A DNA stretch of 64,000 bases from a virus, in the IMG/VR virus record IMGVR_UViG_2791355228_000001, positions 4,034-68,033 of that record; one strand, 5' to 3'. Position 1 is the first letter of the stretch. Each line of letters begins with the position of its first letter. This document shows, piece after piece, positions 38,998 to 48,618 of this stretch. The position numbers were made by a program, and so were the translations under genes. The notes beneath the pieces are model-generated. The model did no database searches. It saw only the letters and a program-made list of their open reading frames with translations, and was not told the DNA's origin.

Positions 38998-39390
38998 ATG
39001 AAAACTGACGGAACCAAGAAAGCAAGAGTTATCTACCCGGAATACTGGGCGAAACGGAAGAAAAGGCTTAATGCCGGATTCATTAAGATGCTGGAAGAAA
39101 CGGCACAAAAAGAAGCGGAGTGTTCCGATGAGTACGGAGAATACAAGACGGGTACATTCCTCTACAAGTCCGCTATAGTAAGCGTGAGAAAGGAAAACGA
39201 CCTCTGGACTTTGCACATGATGAGCGAAGTTCCTATAGGCTTGCCGCTTATCAAGGAAATACGCTACAAGTTTTTGCCGGACAACCTTTTGATGGCGCAA
39301 CTGTATGCACCAAGAAAGGATGCAAGTGAAATGAAAGGCGTGATATTGTATGAGATTCCCAACAATCAAGAAAACGAAGTAGCGGAATGA
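38998..39390 (+). CDS. Hypothetical protein
   Basis: 130 aa ORF in the operon. Confidence 0.6.
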   Translation: MKTDGTKKARVIYPEYWAKRKKRLNAGFIKMLEETAQKEAECSDEYGEYKTGTFLYKSAIVSVRKENDLWTLHMMSEVPIGLPLIKEIRYKFLPDNLLMAQLYAPRKDASEMKGVILYEIPNNQENEVAE

Positions 39391-39824
39391 TTTGTATTGG
39401 GATAGATACAGGCGTACATACGGGATTCGCTGTTTGGGACAGCAAGCAGCGATCCCTACTTATGGTGACTTCTTTGCCCATTCATAAGGCAATGGAAAAT
39501 GTCCGATCCTTGCGTGATGAATATGTGGCTGTAGGCGATAAGGTGTTTGTGAGGGTGGAAGATCCGAGGCAAAGAAACTGGTTCGGCACTGAAAGGATGT
39601 CAAGGGAAGAGGAAAGGAAACGGCTGCAAGGTGTTGGATCGGTGAAGCGTGATGCCTCTATCTGGGAAGATTACCTGAAAGATCTGGGAGTTGAGTTTGA
39701 AATGGTTGCCCCTAAAAGGAATGTAACCAAGCTCAAACAGGAAACTTTCAAGCGATATACCGGGTGGGGAAAGCAGACAAATGAGCATGGCAGGGATGCG
39801 GCTATGCTTGTTTTCGGTTATTAG
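39387..39824 (+). CDS. RuvC-like (RNase H fold) resolvase
   Basis: CIGIDTG, VED, NEHGRDAA. Confidence 0.7.
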   Translation: MICIGIDTGVHTGFAVWDSKQRSLLMVTSLPIHKAMENVRSLRDEYVAVGDKVFVRVEDPRQRNWFGTERMSREEERKRLQGVGSVKRDASIWEDYLKDLGVEFEMVAPKRNVTKLKQETFKRYTGWGKQTNEHGRDAAMLVFGY

Positions 39825-39904
39825 GCTATTTTTATGCTTAAAAGTGTGTTTAGTAAACACATAAATTCATATCTTTGTATCATTAACCAAGTAAATTGAA
39901 AGCT

Positions 39905-40342
39905 ATGCTTATAATTGATGTTCTTATCGTGTTTGCCGTGATAGTTGGCGTTCTGTTTGTGTTGCATAATTGGGGCGGCTACCTTGTAAACAAGTGGATG
40001 CCAGCCGACAATATGAAGCAAGGTGATGTGATGTACATTTACCTGAACAACGAATATAACAGGAAAGCGACCATTTCAAAGGTTGAGGAAAACCGTGTCT
40101 TTATCTATGACAAACTGCCTTTGCCTTTGTCCTATCGTGGCAAGTTCTATGCTGTTGGCGTAGATGTGTCGGATAACAGCCGTTTCCTATACATGAGGAA
40201 GCGTAGATATATCATACCGTGCCGGATTGTAGAGCGTTTCCGCAAATCTATAGGGCTGGATCAGTATCTGGATAATCTGCCAGTGAGTGAGGTTGAGGAA
40301 ACGGAAGATAACGAGGAAAAGGAGGCAGAGGATGAAGTGTAG
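39905..40342 (+). CDS. Membrane-anchored hypothetical protein
   Basis: N-terminal TM; TATCTTTG -7 promoter element near 39870. Confidence 0.6.
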   Translation: MLIIDVLIVFAVIVGVLFVLHNWGGYLVNKWMPADNMKQGDVMYIYLNNEYNRKATISKVEENRVFIYDKLPLPLSYRGKFYAVGVDVSDNSRFLYMRKRRYIIPCRIVERFRKSIGLDQYLDNLPVSEVEETEDNEEKEAEDEV

Positions 40343-41432
40343 CGAGATTACATATCGCCCTTTGTCGGAAATGGTGCTTTTGGAATCCAATCCGAGGACT
40401 ATCAAGAAAGCCGATATGGATCGGCTTGTGGATAGTATCAAGATTTACGGATTCTGGAAGCACCGACCTATTACGCTATCCGACCGGACGGGCAAACTGG
40501 TTGTGATAGCAGGAAACCAGCGTTTGAAAGCGGCTAAGAAATTGAAGCTGAAAGAAGTCCCTACCGTTGTCTATTCGGATCTTACGGAGGATGAGGAAAA
40601 GAATATCATTCTCCGGGACAATATCAATAACGGAGAATGGGATTTCAACGCATTGCAAGTGGATGATGTCTGGAAAGATACCGATTTCAGCTTTATAGGT
40701 CTGACTATCCCGGAGGATGCAGAGCCTAAGAAGTCAAAGAAGAAAGCGGTTGAAGAGGATGAGCCGGAAGATGAGGCAGCGAGCGATGAGCAAGAGGATG
40801 GAAGCGAAGAGGCAAACGACAAAGAGGCTTTCTACCGCTCCATGTTCAAAGATGTTTTGTATGAGAGCGACAACATTTTTGAGATCCCCAACTTGCTTCT
40901 GGAAATGCAAGCCGGAAAACTGGAGTTGCCGTTATCTCCGTGGGGTGCAAACAGCCGTTTGAGGAAAGATGTAGCCACCTATCATTTCTATGTGGATGAT
41001 TACAGGTTTGAGGCTCTTTTCAAAGATCCGATCAACTTGCTTGCAAGTGGCTGCAAAGCTGTGGTAGAGCCGAATTGTAGTTGCCACGACCAGACACCTA
41101 TAGCGTGGGGCTTGCAACTCATCTACAAAAAACGGTGGTTATCCCGTTACTTCCAAGAGTGCGGTATAAGGGTGTATGCTGATTTGAATGTATCTCACAA
41201 ATTCATAGAGTACAACAAAATGGGGATTCCGAAAGGATATAATGCTTTCGCCACTCGTGGGCTGGACGGATGGATGGAAAGCCTTAAATCGGATCTCCAA
41301 GTAGCACAAGAGATTTCCGGGCTTGAAAAGCCTAACCTACTTGTTTATGGAGGCGGTAAGGATGTACAAGCGTTTTGCCGGAAACACGGGCTACTGTATG
41401 TAACCGATTTTATAAACGCAAAAAAGAAGTAG
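40332..41432 (+). CDS. ParB-N fused to DUF4417-like domain
   Basis: NPRTI...VIAGNQRLKA...DN..GEWD; acidic linker; HFYVDDYRFE...YKKRW...LVYGG. Confidence 0.75.
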   Translation: MKCSEITYRPLSEMVLLESNPRTIKKADMDRLVDSIKIYGFWKHRPITLSDRTGKLVVIAGNQRLKAAKKLKLKEVPTVVYSDLTEDEEKNIILRDNINNGEWDFNALQVDDVWKDTDFSFIGLTIPEDAEPKKSKKKAVEEDEPEDEAASDEQEDGSEEANDKEAFYRSMFKDVLYESDNIFEIPNLLLEMQAGKLELPLSPWGANSRLRKDVATYHFYVDDYRFEALFKDPINLLASGCKAVVEPNCSCHDQTPIAWGLQLIYKKRWLSRYFQECGIRVYADLNVSHKFIEYNKMGIPKGYNAFATRGLDGWMESLKSDLQVAQEISGLEKPNLLVYGGGKDVQAFCRKHGLLYVTDFINAKKK

Positions 41433-41437
41433 CGAAT

Positions 41438-42043
41438 ATGGGAAGAAATTCAAGCGGAACACGTGGAGGCTTACAGCCGGGCGATGCCACTTTCAAGGGT
41501 AAAGTTTCAAATGTAGAGCCGTTGGTGAACATGAAAGATCCAGCGGTGTACAAAGCGACCAAAGAAGCCATTTCCAGATACCATGCCGTACTGGGTGTAA
41601 GGCAGCGTAGTGTGAAGTTGGCGGATCTGCCAGCAGGAACATACGGAGTTCATGTAACGGCTAATGGCAAGTCTGATGGCGTGTATCTTAACAAGGCTCA
41701 TTTCAACCAGTCAAGAAGTGCTATCGAGGCTTCGCATAGGAAAGGATATGCAAGCGGATGGAGTACCAAGACAAACAAGCCTATTGCGCACACAGTGACA
41801 CACGAACTGGCACACGCAACATGGAATCAGCACATGACGGGTGCAAAGCAAAAGGCGGCAGGAAAGGAGATCAACAAGCTATACACCCAATGGCGTAAGG
41901 ATAAAAAGAAGTCCGGCTATGGTAAGTATGCCGCAACCAATGTAAGTGAGTTCTGGGCTGAAACGGTGACGAAAGCCATACATGGAAAGTCCGACAAATA
42001 CACAGCAGCGGTTAAGAACATAGCCAAGAAGTACAAATTATGA
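41438..42043 (+). CDS. Basic zincin-like metallopeptidase
   Basis: VTHELAHA followed by YAATNVSEFWAE (third ligand); N-terminus MGRNSSG. Confidence 0.7.
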   Translation: MGRNSSGTRGGLQPGDATFKGKVSNVEPLVNMKDPAVYKATKEAISRYHAVLGVRQRSVKLADLPAGTYGVHVTANGKSDGVYLNKAHFNQSRSAIEASHRKGYASGWSTKTNKPIAHTVTHELAHATWNQHMTGAKQKAAGKEINKLYTQWRKDKKKSGYGKYAATNVSEFWAETVTKAIHGKSDKYTAAVKNIAKKYKL

Positions 42044-42073
42044 GTATTTTTGTAACGTCTAAAGATATTGAAT

Positions 42074-42304
42074 ATGAAAAAGATTGAACTTACAGAAAAA
42101 GAAATTGAGGTGATCCGCCAGCAACTCAACGGAGAAATTGAGGTGCATAGTGCCACCGAAGAGCAGCAACAGTTGCTCATGGGAGTAATTGACAAAGCAA
42201 ACGATCTTCTGGATGAAGAAGATGCTTATGACGAACTGGAAGCGCAAGGCAATGACTTGATAGATTGGTATTGGAAGAAGTACCAAGAGCAGGAGAATGC
42301 CTAA
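42074..42304 (+). CDS. Small acidic protein
   Basis: 76 aa, very D/E-rich, followed by a hairpin terminator. Confidence 0.65.
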   Translation: MKKIELTEKEIEVIRQQLNGEIEVHSATEEQQQLLMGVIDKANDLLDEEDAYDELEAQGNDLIDWYWKKYQEQENA

Positions 42305-42388
42305 GCAGACCGAATGAGAAAGAGAATCGGGTAAACTATATCCGATTTTCTTTTGGCTTTATAGTGTGTTCAATAAACACAGATTGCT

Positions 42389-42790
42389 ATGATTAAAATG
42401 AGTTTCAGTATGCAGAAGAATTTTTCCGATGTGGAAATTTCCACGCAAGGCGTAGAAGAAGCCGGAAGCGTTGAAGCCACATTGTACGATAAGATCAAGG
42501 AGGTAGTAAGGGAGTTGCCCCTATTCCTTGTTAGTGACAGCCTGAAAGTAGGAGTAGAAAACCATATTGTGACAGATGCGAGCAAAGAGGCTTTCCCGGT
42601 ACTGACAAAGGGCTACAAGGTAACAACCAGCTTTAGCGGATATGAAACGGTGATGGGTAGTGTAGATACTACCATTGAAGCTATCTATCTGGATAAGGAG
42701 GGTAAGGAGTACAGCGAAACGGATTGTTTGGTTGTGGCAAAGACATACGAAGAAGCAGAGAAAAAGAGGAAAGAATTGTTGAATGGCTAA
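42389..42790 (+). CDS. Hypothetical protein
   Basis: 133 aa ORF before the terminases. Confidence 0.55.
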   Translation: MIKMSFSMQKNFSDVEISTQGVEEAGSVEATLYDKIKEVVRELPLFLVSDSLKVGVENHIVTDASKEAFPVLTKGYKVTTSFSGYETVMGSVDTTIEAIYLDKEGKEYSETDCLVVAKTYEEAEKKRKELLNG

Positions 42791-42840
42791 CCCGTCTGTG
42801 GAATGAGAAAACAACGGGAAAACAACGGAGAAGTTGAGAA

Positions 42841-43383
42841 ATGGCAAGATTTGAAAAGGGTAATTCAAAGGGTAACAGGTTCACGAAAGACAACCAGCCT
42901 GAAAACCCCGGCAGGAAGCCAAAGATATTTTCCATACTGAAAAAGAAGTACGGAATAAATCTGGCTTCCAATGGGACATTTACCCAAAGCCAGATTATTG
43001 ATTTGCTCCAGTCGCTATTGAGTGTGGATATAAGGCAGACAACAGCCCTAAACCTATCGCTCAACAATGACATGAAGAAGATAGCGGAACAAATACGGAA
43101 TGGAGAAACTCCAGATGCTCTAAGCAAGGATGAAGTGATAAGCCAAGTGTTTGTTGCGCTATCGCAGGCTATCAACAGGGAAACATCAAAGGGGGAAAGC
43201 TACACGATCCGTTGGATCATTGAGTATCTGTTTGGGAAAGCCACACAGCCCATTGAGGGCGATGTGAATGCCCAAGTAACGACAACAAACAATGTGGATT
43301 TGTCCGCATTGAGTACGGAGGAACTATTGCAATACAATTCCTTACTTGAAAAGATCAGCATGAAGAAAGATGGCAAGAAGTAG
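42841..43383 (+). CDS. Terminase small subunit (putative)
   Basis: RFEKGN..GNRF..NQPENPGRKP N-terminus; DLSALSTEEL C-terminus; precedes TerL. Confidence 0.7.
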   Translation: MARFEKGNSKGNRFTKDNQPENPGRKPKIFSILKKKYGINLASNGTFTQSQIIDLLQSLLSVDIRQTTALNLSLNNDMKKIAEQIRNGETPDALSKDEVISQVFVALSQAINRETSKGESYTIRWIIEYLFGKATQPIEGDVNAQVTTTNNVDLSALSTEELLQYNSLLEKISMKKDGKK

Positions 43384-44803
43384 CAAGGCGATAACAGTAC
43401 CGATGGGGCTTGCAGTCAAGATTGAGTTGTTCAAGCGTGGCTGTTTTGACTTCATTGTTTGCCGTGACGGTAAGAGGCACGACAAACAGGCTGATGCTTT
43501 GCGCATTCTTACCGATACAGAACACGTTGAAATCTTGTATGGTGGTGCGGCTGGTGGTGCTAAGTCGTGGACTGGTGCGGCATGGCTTATCTTCATGTGT
43601 CTTTGCTATCCCGGCACAAAATGGTTTATAGGGCGAGCGGAGTTGAAGCGCATAACCCAATCCACACTGATAACATTCTACCAAGTGTGCGCCCGTTTCG
43701 GTGTGCATGAATCGCTGTATAAATACAATGCCAACCTTAACTACATTGAGTTTTACAATGGATCACGAATTGACTTTCTGGATCTGCAATACAAGCCGGG
43801 TGATCCTTTGTATGAGCGTTACGGATCTATTGAGTTCACGGGCGGTTGGATTGAAGAGGGCGGAGAAGTAAACTTCGGTGCTTATGATACTCTTAAAACC
43901 CGTGTTGGGCGTTTCAAGAATGAGGAATACGGACTAAGGCGAAAACTGTTTATCACTTGCAACCCCAAGAAGAATTGGATGTATGATTTGTTCTACAAGC
44001 CTTTCACTACAGGGAAACTTCCAGAATACAAGTATTACATTTCGTGCCTTGTGCAAGAGAATCCGTTTATAGATCCTGACTACATAGAGGGATTGAAAAC
44101 GACCTCTGACAAAGTGAAGTTCGAGCGTCTGTTTAAGGGTAACTGGGAGTATGACGATAACCCCAATTCCCTTTGTTCCTATGATGCTATCATGGCGATA
44201 TTTGGGAATAGGATAGCCAAGAAAACAGGCACTCACTACCTCACTGGCGATATTGCCCGTTTCGGTGCTGACTATGCGAGGATAGCCGTATGGGATGGGT
44301 GGAATATCATAGACCTAAAGAGTTTCCCGGTAAGCAAGACTACAGACATACAGGCGTACATTATCCGATGCCAGAAGAAATACCGAATACCAAACTATCG
44401 GTGTATTGTGGATGAGGACGGTGTGGGCGGTGGTGTTGTGGATAGTTGCAACATACAGGGATTTGTGAACAACAGCCGTGCTTTGAAAGATGAGAACTAC
44501 CAGAACTTGCAAGCACAATGCGGCTATAAACTGGCGGAACATATCAACGCTTCTGATGTGGGAATAAATGAGGATCTGGTAAGTCAAGCGGACAAAGAGC
44601 AGATAGCGAGGGAACTTGAACAACTGCAAACATGGAAGCCTGACGATGACGGAAGTTTGAAGCTGAAACCAAAGGAGGCTATCAAAGAGGATTTGGGATG
44701 TTCCCCGGACTGGCGGGATATGATGCTCATGCGATCGTGGTTTGATTACAACGAGTATGAGATACCAGACGATATAGAACGGAGATTAGGTTTAACCGGG
44801 TAA
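43370..44803 (+). CDS. Terminase large subunit
   Basis: YGGAAGGAKS, WIEE, ITCNP, GDIARFGAD, SPDWRD. Confidence 0.93.
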   Translation: MARSSKAITVPMGLAVKIELFKRGCFDFIVCRDGKRHDKQADALRILTDTEHVEILYGGAAGGAKSWTGAAWLIFMCLCYPGTKWFIGRAELKRITQSTLITFYQVCARFGVHESLYKYNANLNYIEFYNGSRIDFLDLQYKPGDPLYERYGSIEFTGGWIEEGGEVNFGAYDTLKTRVGRFKNEEYGLRRKLFITCNPKKNWMYDLFYKPFTTGKLPEYKYYISCLVQENPFIDPDYIEGLKTTSDKVKFERLFKGNWEYDDNPNSLCSYDAIMAIFGNRIAKKTGTHYLTGDIARFGADYARIAVWDGWNIIDLKSFPVSKTTDIQAYIIRCQKKYRIPNYRCIVDEDGVGGGVVDSCNIQGFVNNSRALKDENYQNLQAQCGYKLAEHINASDVGINEDLVSQADKEQIARELEQLQTWKPDDDGSLKLKPKEAIKEDLGCSPDWRDMMLMRSWFDYNEYEIPDDIERRLGLTG

Positions 44804-44814
44804 ATTCAAATAAT

Positions 44815-46239
44815 ATGGGATTATTCAATGTACTGACAAACCAAGTGAAAGCGGCTGTTGGCTACCAGCAGAGCTTGACGGAGCTTTTGGATGCAAAGGA
44901 TGTATCAAGAGCCTTAACGATGATGCACGATCATTCCATTGTCGCTGCCAAGAATCTAAGAGATTACGAGGTAAGCAGCCACAAGATAATGGAAAGAAAG
45001 GATCGTGCGGTGTACGATAAGAAAGGCAATTTCTTACGCTGGAGCAAGAGGTGGAAAATTCCTATCCCCTACCAGCAGTTTATCAATGAAATTGCTTTGG
45101 TGTTCCTCTATGGCAGACCAGTAAAATGGGGGCAACTTTCAGAGGGGACGGATGAAGCATTTGAGAATTATAAAAACCTGAATGATGAAGTCCACTTCAA
45201 TGCCCGTGTAAGGGAAGCCAAAAGAGCGGCTGGATCGGAGGGATCAGCGGCTATACTCTACCATGTGTATAGGGACAAAGAGGATAACCCACGTCTTTTG
45301 CTTAATGTGCTTTGCAAGAAGAATGGCGATGATATTTACACCGTAAAGGATCAGTATAGGAAACTCAAAGCCTTTGCGTGGGGCTACTATCTGACAGAGG
45401 CAGGGAATAGGACGGTTTACCATGTGGATATTTACACAGCCGATACCATATACCGGGCAAAGCGTGGAAATATCGGATGGGAGGTTGCGGTGCTTCAAAA
45501 CCCTGTTGGTAAAATACCAGTGCTTCTGTTTGAGCAAGAGGTGGAACACGCAGGAGTACAAGCAATGATCGAGCGGTCGGAATCATTGGAAAGCACGGAT
45601 GCAGATGTGAACGATCGTTTTGCAAACCCGGCTATGGTGGCAACGGCTGAAATCCTCAATTCTTTGCCAAAGTCAGAGGATGAGGCTAAGTTGTTTATCC
45701 TCAAAGACGGTGGAAAAATAGAGTATCTTACATGGGATCAAGCCTCACAGAGCAAGGCTAACGAGTATGAGCGTCTGGATAAGCACATTCTTTCCAAGTC
45801 GTTCACGCCAAACATTGACTTTGACAACATGAAGAATCTGGGCAACCTTTCCGCAAAGGCTATCCGAAAGGTTATGCTTCTGGCTGTTATCAAGGCAGAG
45901 AAACGCAAGGAAACCCACGATGATTACATGAACAGGCACGGAAGTATCATGCTTTCGATCATGGGAAATGTGCTTGACTATAAGAACAAATCCAAGTATG
46001 AGGCATTGAAGCTGACGCACGAGTTTCAAGAGCCTTTCGGTGATGATGTGAGCGAAATGCTTGCCGATGTTCTGAAACAGTATGGGGCTGGCGCACTCTC
46101 TTTGCAGTCCACTCTGGAACTTTCCTACCTTGTTAAGAATGCACAAAAGGAATACGAGCAAATAAGCAAGGAGCAAGCCGAAGCACTGGAGCGACAAATG
46201 GCACTAAACAGAACTGATGTATTTGGGGAGGGCGAATAA
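44815..46239 (+). CDS. Portal protein (SPP1-like)
   Basis: 474 aa after TerL; NPVGKIPV, IEYLTWD, SFTPNI, NLSAKAI. Confidence 0.88.
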   Translation: MGLFNVLTNQVKAAVGYQQSLTELLDAKDVSRALTMMHDHSIVAAKNLRDYEVSSHKIMERKDRAVYDKKGNFLRWSKRWKIPIPYQQFINEIALVFLYGRPVKWGQLSEGTDEAFENYKNLNDEVHFNARVREAKRAAGSEGSAAILYHVYRDKEDNPRLLLNVLCKKNGDDIYTVKDQYRKLKAFAWGYYLTEAGNRTVYHVDIYTADTIYRAKRGNIGWEVAVLQNPVGKIPVLLFEQEVEHAGVQAMIERSESLESTDADVNDRFANPAMVATAEILNSLPKSEDEAKLFILKDGGKIEYLTWDQASQSKANEYERLDKHILSKSFTPNIDFDNMKNLGNLSAKAIRKVMLLAVIKAEKRKETHDDYMNRHGSIMLSIMGNVLDYKNKSKYEALKLTHEFQEPFGDDVSEMLADVLKQYGAGALSLQSTLELSYLVKNAQKEYEQISKEQAEALERQMALNRTDVFGEGE

Positions 46240-46529
46240 TGGAAATACGGACAAAATATAATGTTGGCGATGAGGTTTGGATCATGCGTGATAACAAGCC
46301 GGAGAAGATCCGTATTGACGGAATAGAGGTAGAAGTAAAAGGGGGGACTATTCCCGGTACTTGTGGTATTCTTTCAGGTGAATTATATACCAAAGTTTGG
46401 TATGTAGAGATACAGCGCAAAGAATACCGTTGTGCTGGTGATAAAGATCCCGTTTACCACCACAACGAATGTGCCTGTTTCGGGACAAAAAAGGAATTGT
46501 TGGATAGTTTTCTAAATGATGATGAGTGA
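46239..46529 (+). CDS. Hypothetical protein
   Basis: TKYNVGDEVW...F.TKKELL. Confidence 0.6.
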   Translation: MEIRTKYNVGDEVWIMRDNKPEKIRIDGIEVEVKGGTIPGTCGILSGELYTKVWYVEIQRKEYRCAGDKDPVYHHNECACFGTKKELLDSFLNDDE

Positions 46530-46705
46530 TGGCAAAGAAACTGAAACGATCCGAATTGAAGTACCATTGTAGGGATTGCAAGCACTCACACAGCTACCAT
46601 GAATTGAACTGGAAAGGTGAGCCGTTTTTGTGCAAATGCCCATTCCACAAGTATTCAAAGTTTCTGGATAGTGACTGGTGCGAACATTTCCAAAAGAAAG
46701 GGTAA
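46529..46705 (+). CDS. Small Cys/His-rich protein
   Basis: Manual translation MAKKLKRSELKYHCRDCKHS...CKC...WCEHF, 58 aa. Confidence 0.55.
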   Translation: MAKKLKRSELKYHCRDCKHSHSYHELNWKGEPFLCKCPFHKYSKFLDSDWCEHFQKKG

Positions 46706-46711
46706 AACAGT

Positions 46712-48283
46712 ATGGCGAAGTACATAAACGAAAAGAAGCTACAGCAGGAGTTGTTCAAGCGCACAGAGGGGTATGCTGCCGAAGTGCGTAAGATCTATCT
46801 TGATTCACTGGGTAAAATCATTGAGCTTGTGAAAGGCACGGAGCTTGAAGATGGTAAGCCGTTTTCCTTTTCGGAGTATGGCTACAGTGAAGATGTTACG
46901 CCCATACTTCGCAATATGTACAGCCAGACTTACCAGACGATCCGAAACAGCGTACAAAAGGAGTGGCTTTTATCCAATGAAAATAATGATGCTTTGGTTA
47001 AAAGTGTGTTTGGTGAACGCTCTATAGAGGATAACCACTTTGCCCGGTTCTTTCTCCGCAACATGGAGGCTATGGATGCTTTCTTTGCCCGAAAGACAAA
47101 GGACGGCTTAAACCTATCGCAAAAGGTATGGAAGTACACGGGAATGTACAAAGAAGAGCTTGAAAAGACTTTGGATCTTGCCATTGGTGAGGGAATACCA
47201 GCCAACAGACTTGCTACCAAAATCAAAGAGTATCTGAACGACCCGGATAGATGGTATAGGCGTTTCCGTGTGAAGATCGGAGAAGATGAGAACGGAAATC
47301 CTATCTATGGCAGGAAATGGAAACGCAGGGTGTACGACCAGACAACAGAAACATACAAATGGGTGGATGATGATCCGAAGAAGTATCACCCCGGCAAAGG
47401 TGTTTACCGTTCCTCATATCGGAATGCCCAAAGGCTTGCCCGGACTGAAACGAACATAGCCTACAGAACTGCCGACTTTACCCGTTGGGGACAACTGGAT
47501 TTTGTGGTGGGCATTGAAATCAAGTTGAGCAACAACCACCCCGTACATGATATTTGCGATGATCTGAAAGGCATCTATCCCAAAACTTTCAAATGGACGG
47601 GCTGGCATCCTAACTGTAGGTGCTACCAAGTGCCAGTGCTGGCAAAGGATGAGGAAATAGAAAAGATGCTGGATAAACTTCTGGAGGATGAGAACGCTAC
47701 ACTTGAAAACAGCGAGAATGAGGTTAAGGAAGTGCCACGCCAGTTTACAGAGTGGGTGAAAAATAACGATGAGCGCATAAGGGCTGCAAAAGCCAAAGGC
47801 ACATTGCCCTACTTTTTGAGGGACAACAAGGAAGTACCCGTAGTGAAGTACAATTCGTATGGGAGCCAGTGGCGGCGGATGTGGTATTATGATACGGGCG
47901 GTTTCCTTGTTGCCCACTCCACCCGTTACGAGAACTCCAAAAGGAACAAGAACGAAAAGGCGAAGTATGACAAGGAGGTTGCCATGTGCCGGGTGCTGGC
48001 TCAAAAGGGGTATCAGATAGAGATGCTGGAAGAAGTGCCGGGCGTGAGTTCACCCGATATAACCATAGACGGGACAAAGGCGGATTTGAAAAGGCTATCC
48101 AGTGCGAACAACATAGAACGCCATGCCAAAGAAGCGGTTAGGGAACAAGGTGCTGACATCGTGATATTCCAGTTCGACAATGAGACGGAAGCCATTCACA
48201 CGAAACTCTATAAGCTGAAAAAGATGGGGTACAAGGTCATGTATTTCTTTACGGGTAGGGAAAATGAAGTGTTCGAGCTATAA
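46712..48283 (+). CDS. MuF/minor head protein with C-terminal CdiA-CT-like PD-(D/E)xK nuclease domain
   Basis: RLARTETN, ICDDL.G.YPK.F.WTGWHPNCRC (MuF); C-terminal E..M...L...G, SPDITIDGTKADLK, QGADIVIF. Confidence 0.8.
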   Translation: MAKYINEKKLQQELFKRTEGYAAEVRKIYLDSLGKIIELVKGTELEDGKPFSFSEYGYSEDVTPILRNMYSQTYQTIRNSVQKEWLLSNENNDALVKSVFGERSIEDNHFARFFLRNMEAMDAFFARKTKDGLNLSQKVWKYTGMYKEELEKTLDLAIGEGIPANRLATKIKEYLNDPDRWYRRFRVKIGEDENGNPIYGRKWKRRVYDQTTETYKWVDDDPKKYHPGKGVYRSSYRNAQRLARTETNIAYRTADFTRWGQLDFVVGIEIKLSNNHPVHDICDDLKGIYPKTFKWTGWHPNCRCYQVPVLAKDEEIEKMLDKLLEDENATLENSENEVKEVPRQFTEWVKNNDERIRAAKAKGTLPYFLRDNKEVPVVKYNSYGSQWRRMWYYDTGGFLVAHSTRYENSKRNKNEKAKYDKEVAMCRVLAQKGYQIEMLEEVPGVSSPDITIDGTKADLKRLSSANNIERHAKEAVREQGADIVIFQFDNETEAIHTKLYKLKKMGYKVMYFFTGRENEVFEL

Positions 48284-48284
48284 A

Positions 48285-48440
48285 ATACGACACCCCGACA
48301 AATGCCGGGGTGAAGAGGAGATCCGACTGCCACCACTTCCTTTCGGAAGCTCCCGAATACTGGGGTAAGGCTTGCGCCAAACGTGGGAGACAGTTCTGTC
48401 CGATAATTGTTTGAAGCCTATCGGCATCAAGGCTTTATGG
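48285..48440 (-). ncRNA. Putative structured small RNA convergent on the MuF toxin gene
   Basis: Consensus TTTG-N20-TATTTTTG promoter; hairpins with GCAA and GAAA tetraloops; possible H-type pseudoknot; 3' GC hairpin. Confidence 0.55.
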
Positions 48441-48563
48441 TATTGCAAAAATAGGCATTTATTTCCGCCTAAGCAAATTCTTGTGGAAATATTCACTATC
48501 TTTGTGACCGACACGGGCATTTACCGTTGCGCCCGTGCATTATTCGCACCACCAGCAGTTAAA

Positions 48564-48597
48564 CAAAGGCAAGGGAATCGCTTCCCCTGCCTTTTTT
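48564..48597. terminator. Intrinsic terminator, probably bidirectional
   Basis: AAAGGCA.GGGAA..TTCCCCTGCCTTTTTT. Confidence 0.7.
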
Positions 48598-48618
48598 CAT
48601 GTTCTGCCATTAGGAAGA

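Noticed and set aside
42298..42308. GCCTAAGCAG as a further copy of the array motif
   Set aside because: Partial match overlapping a stop codon; plausible by chance.
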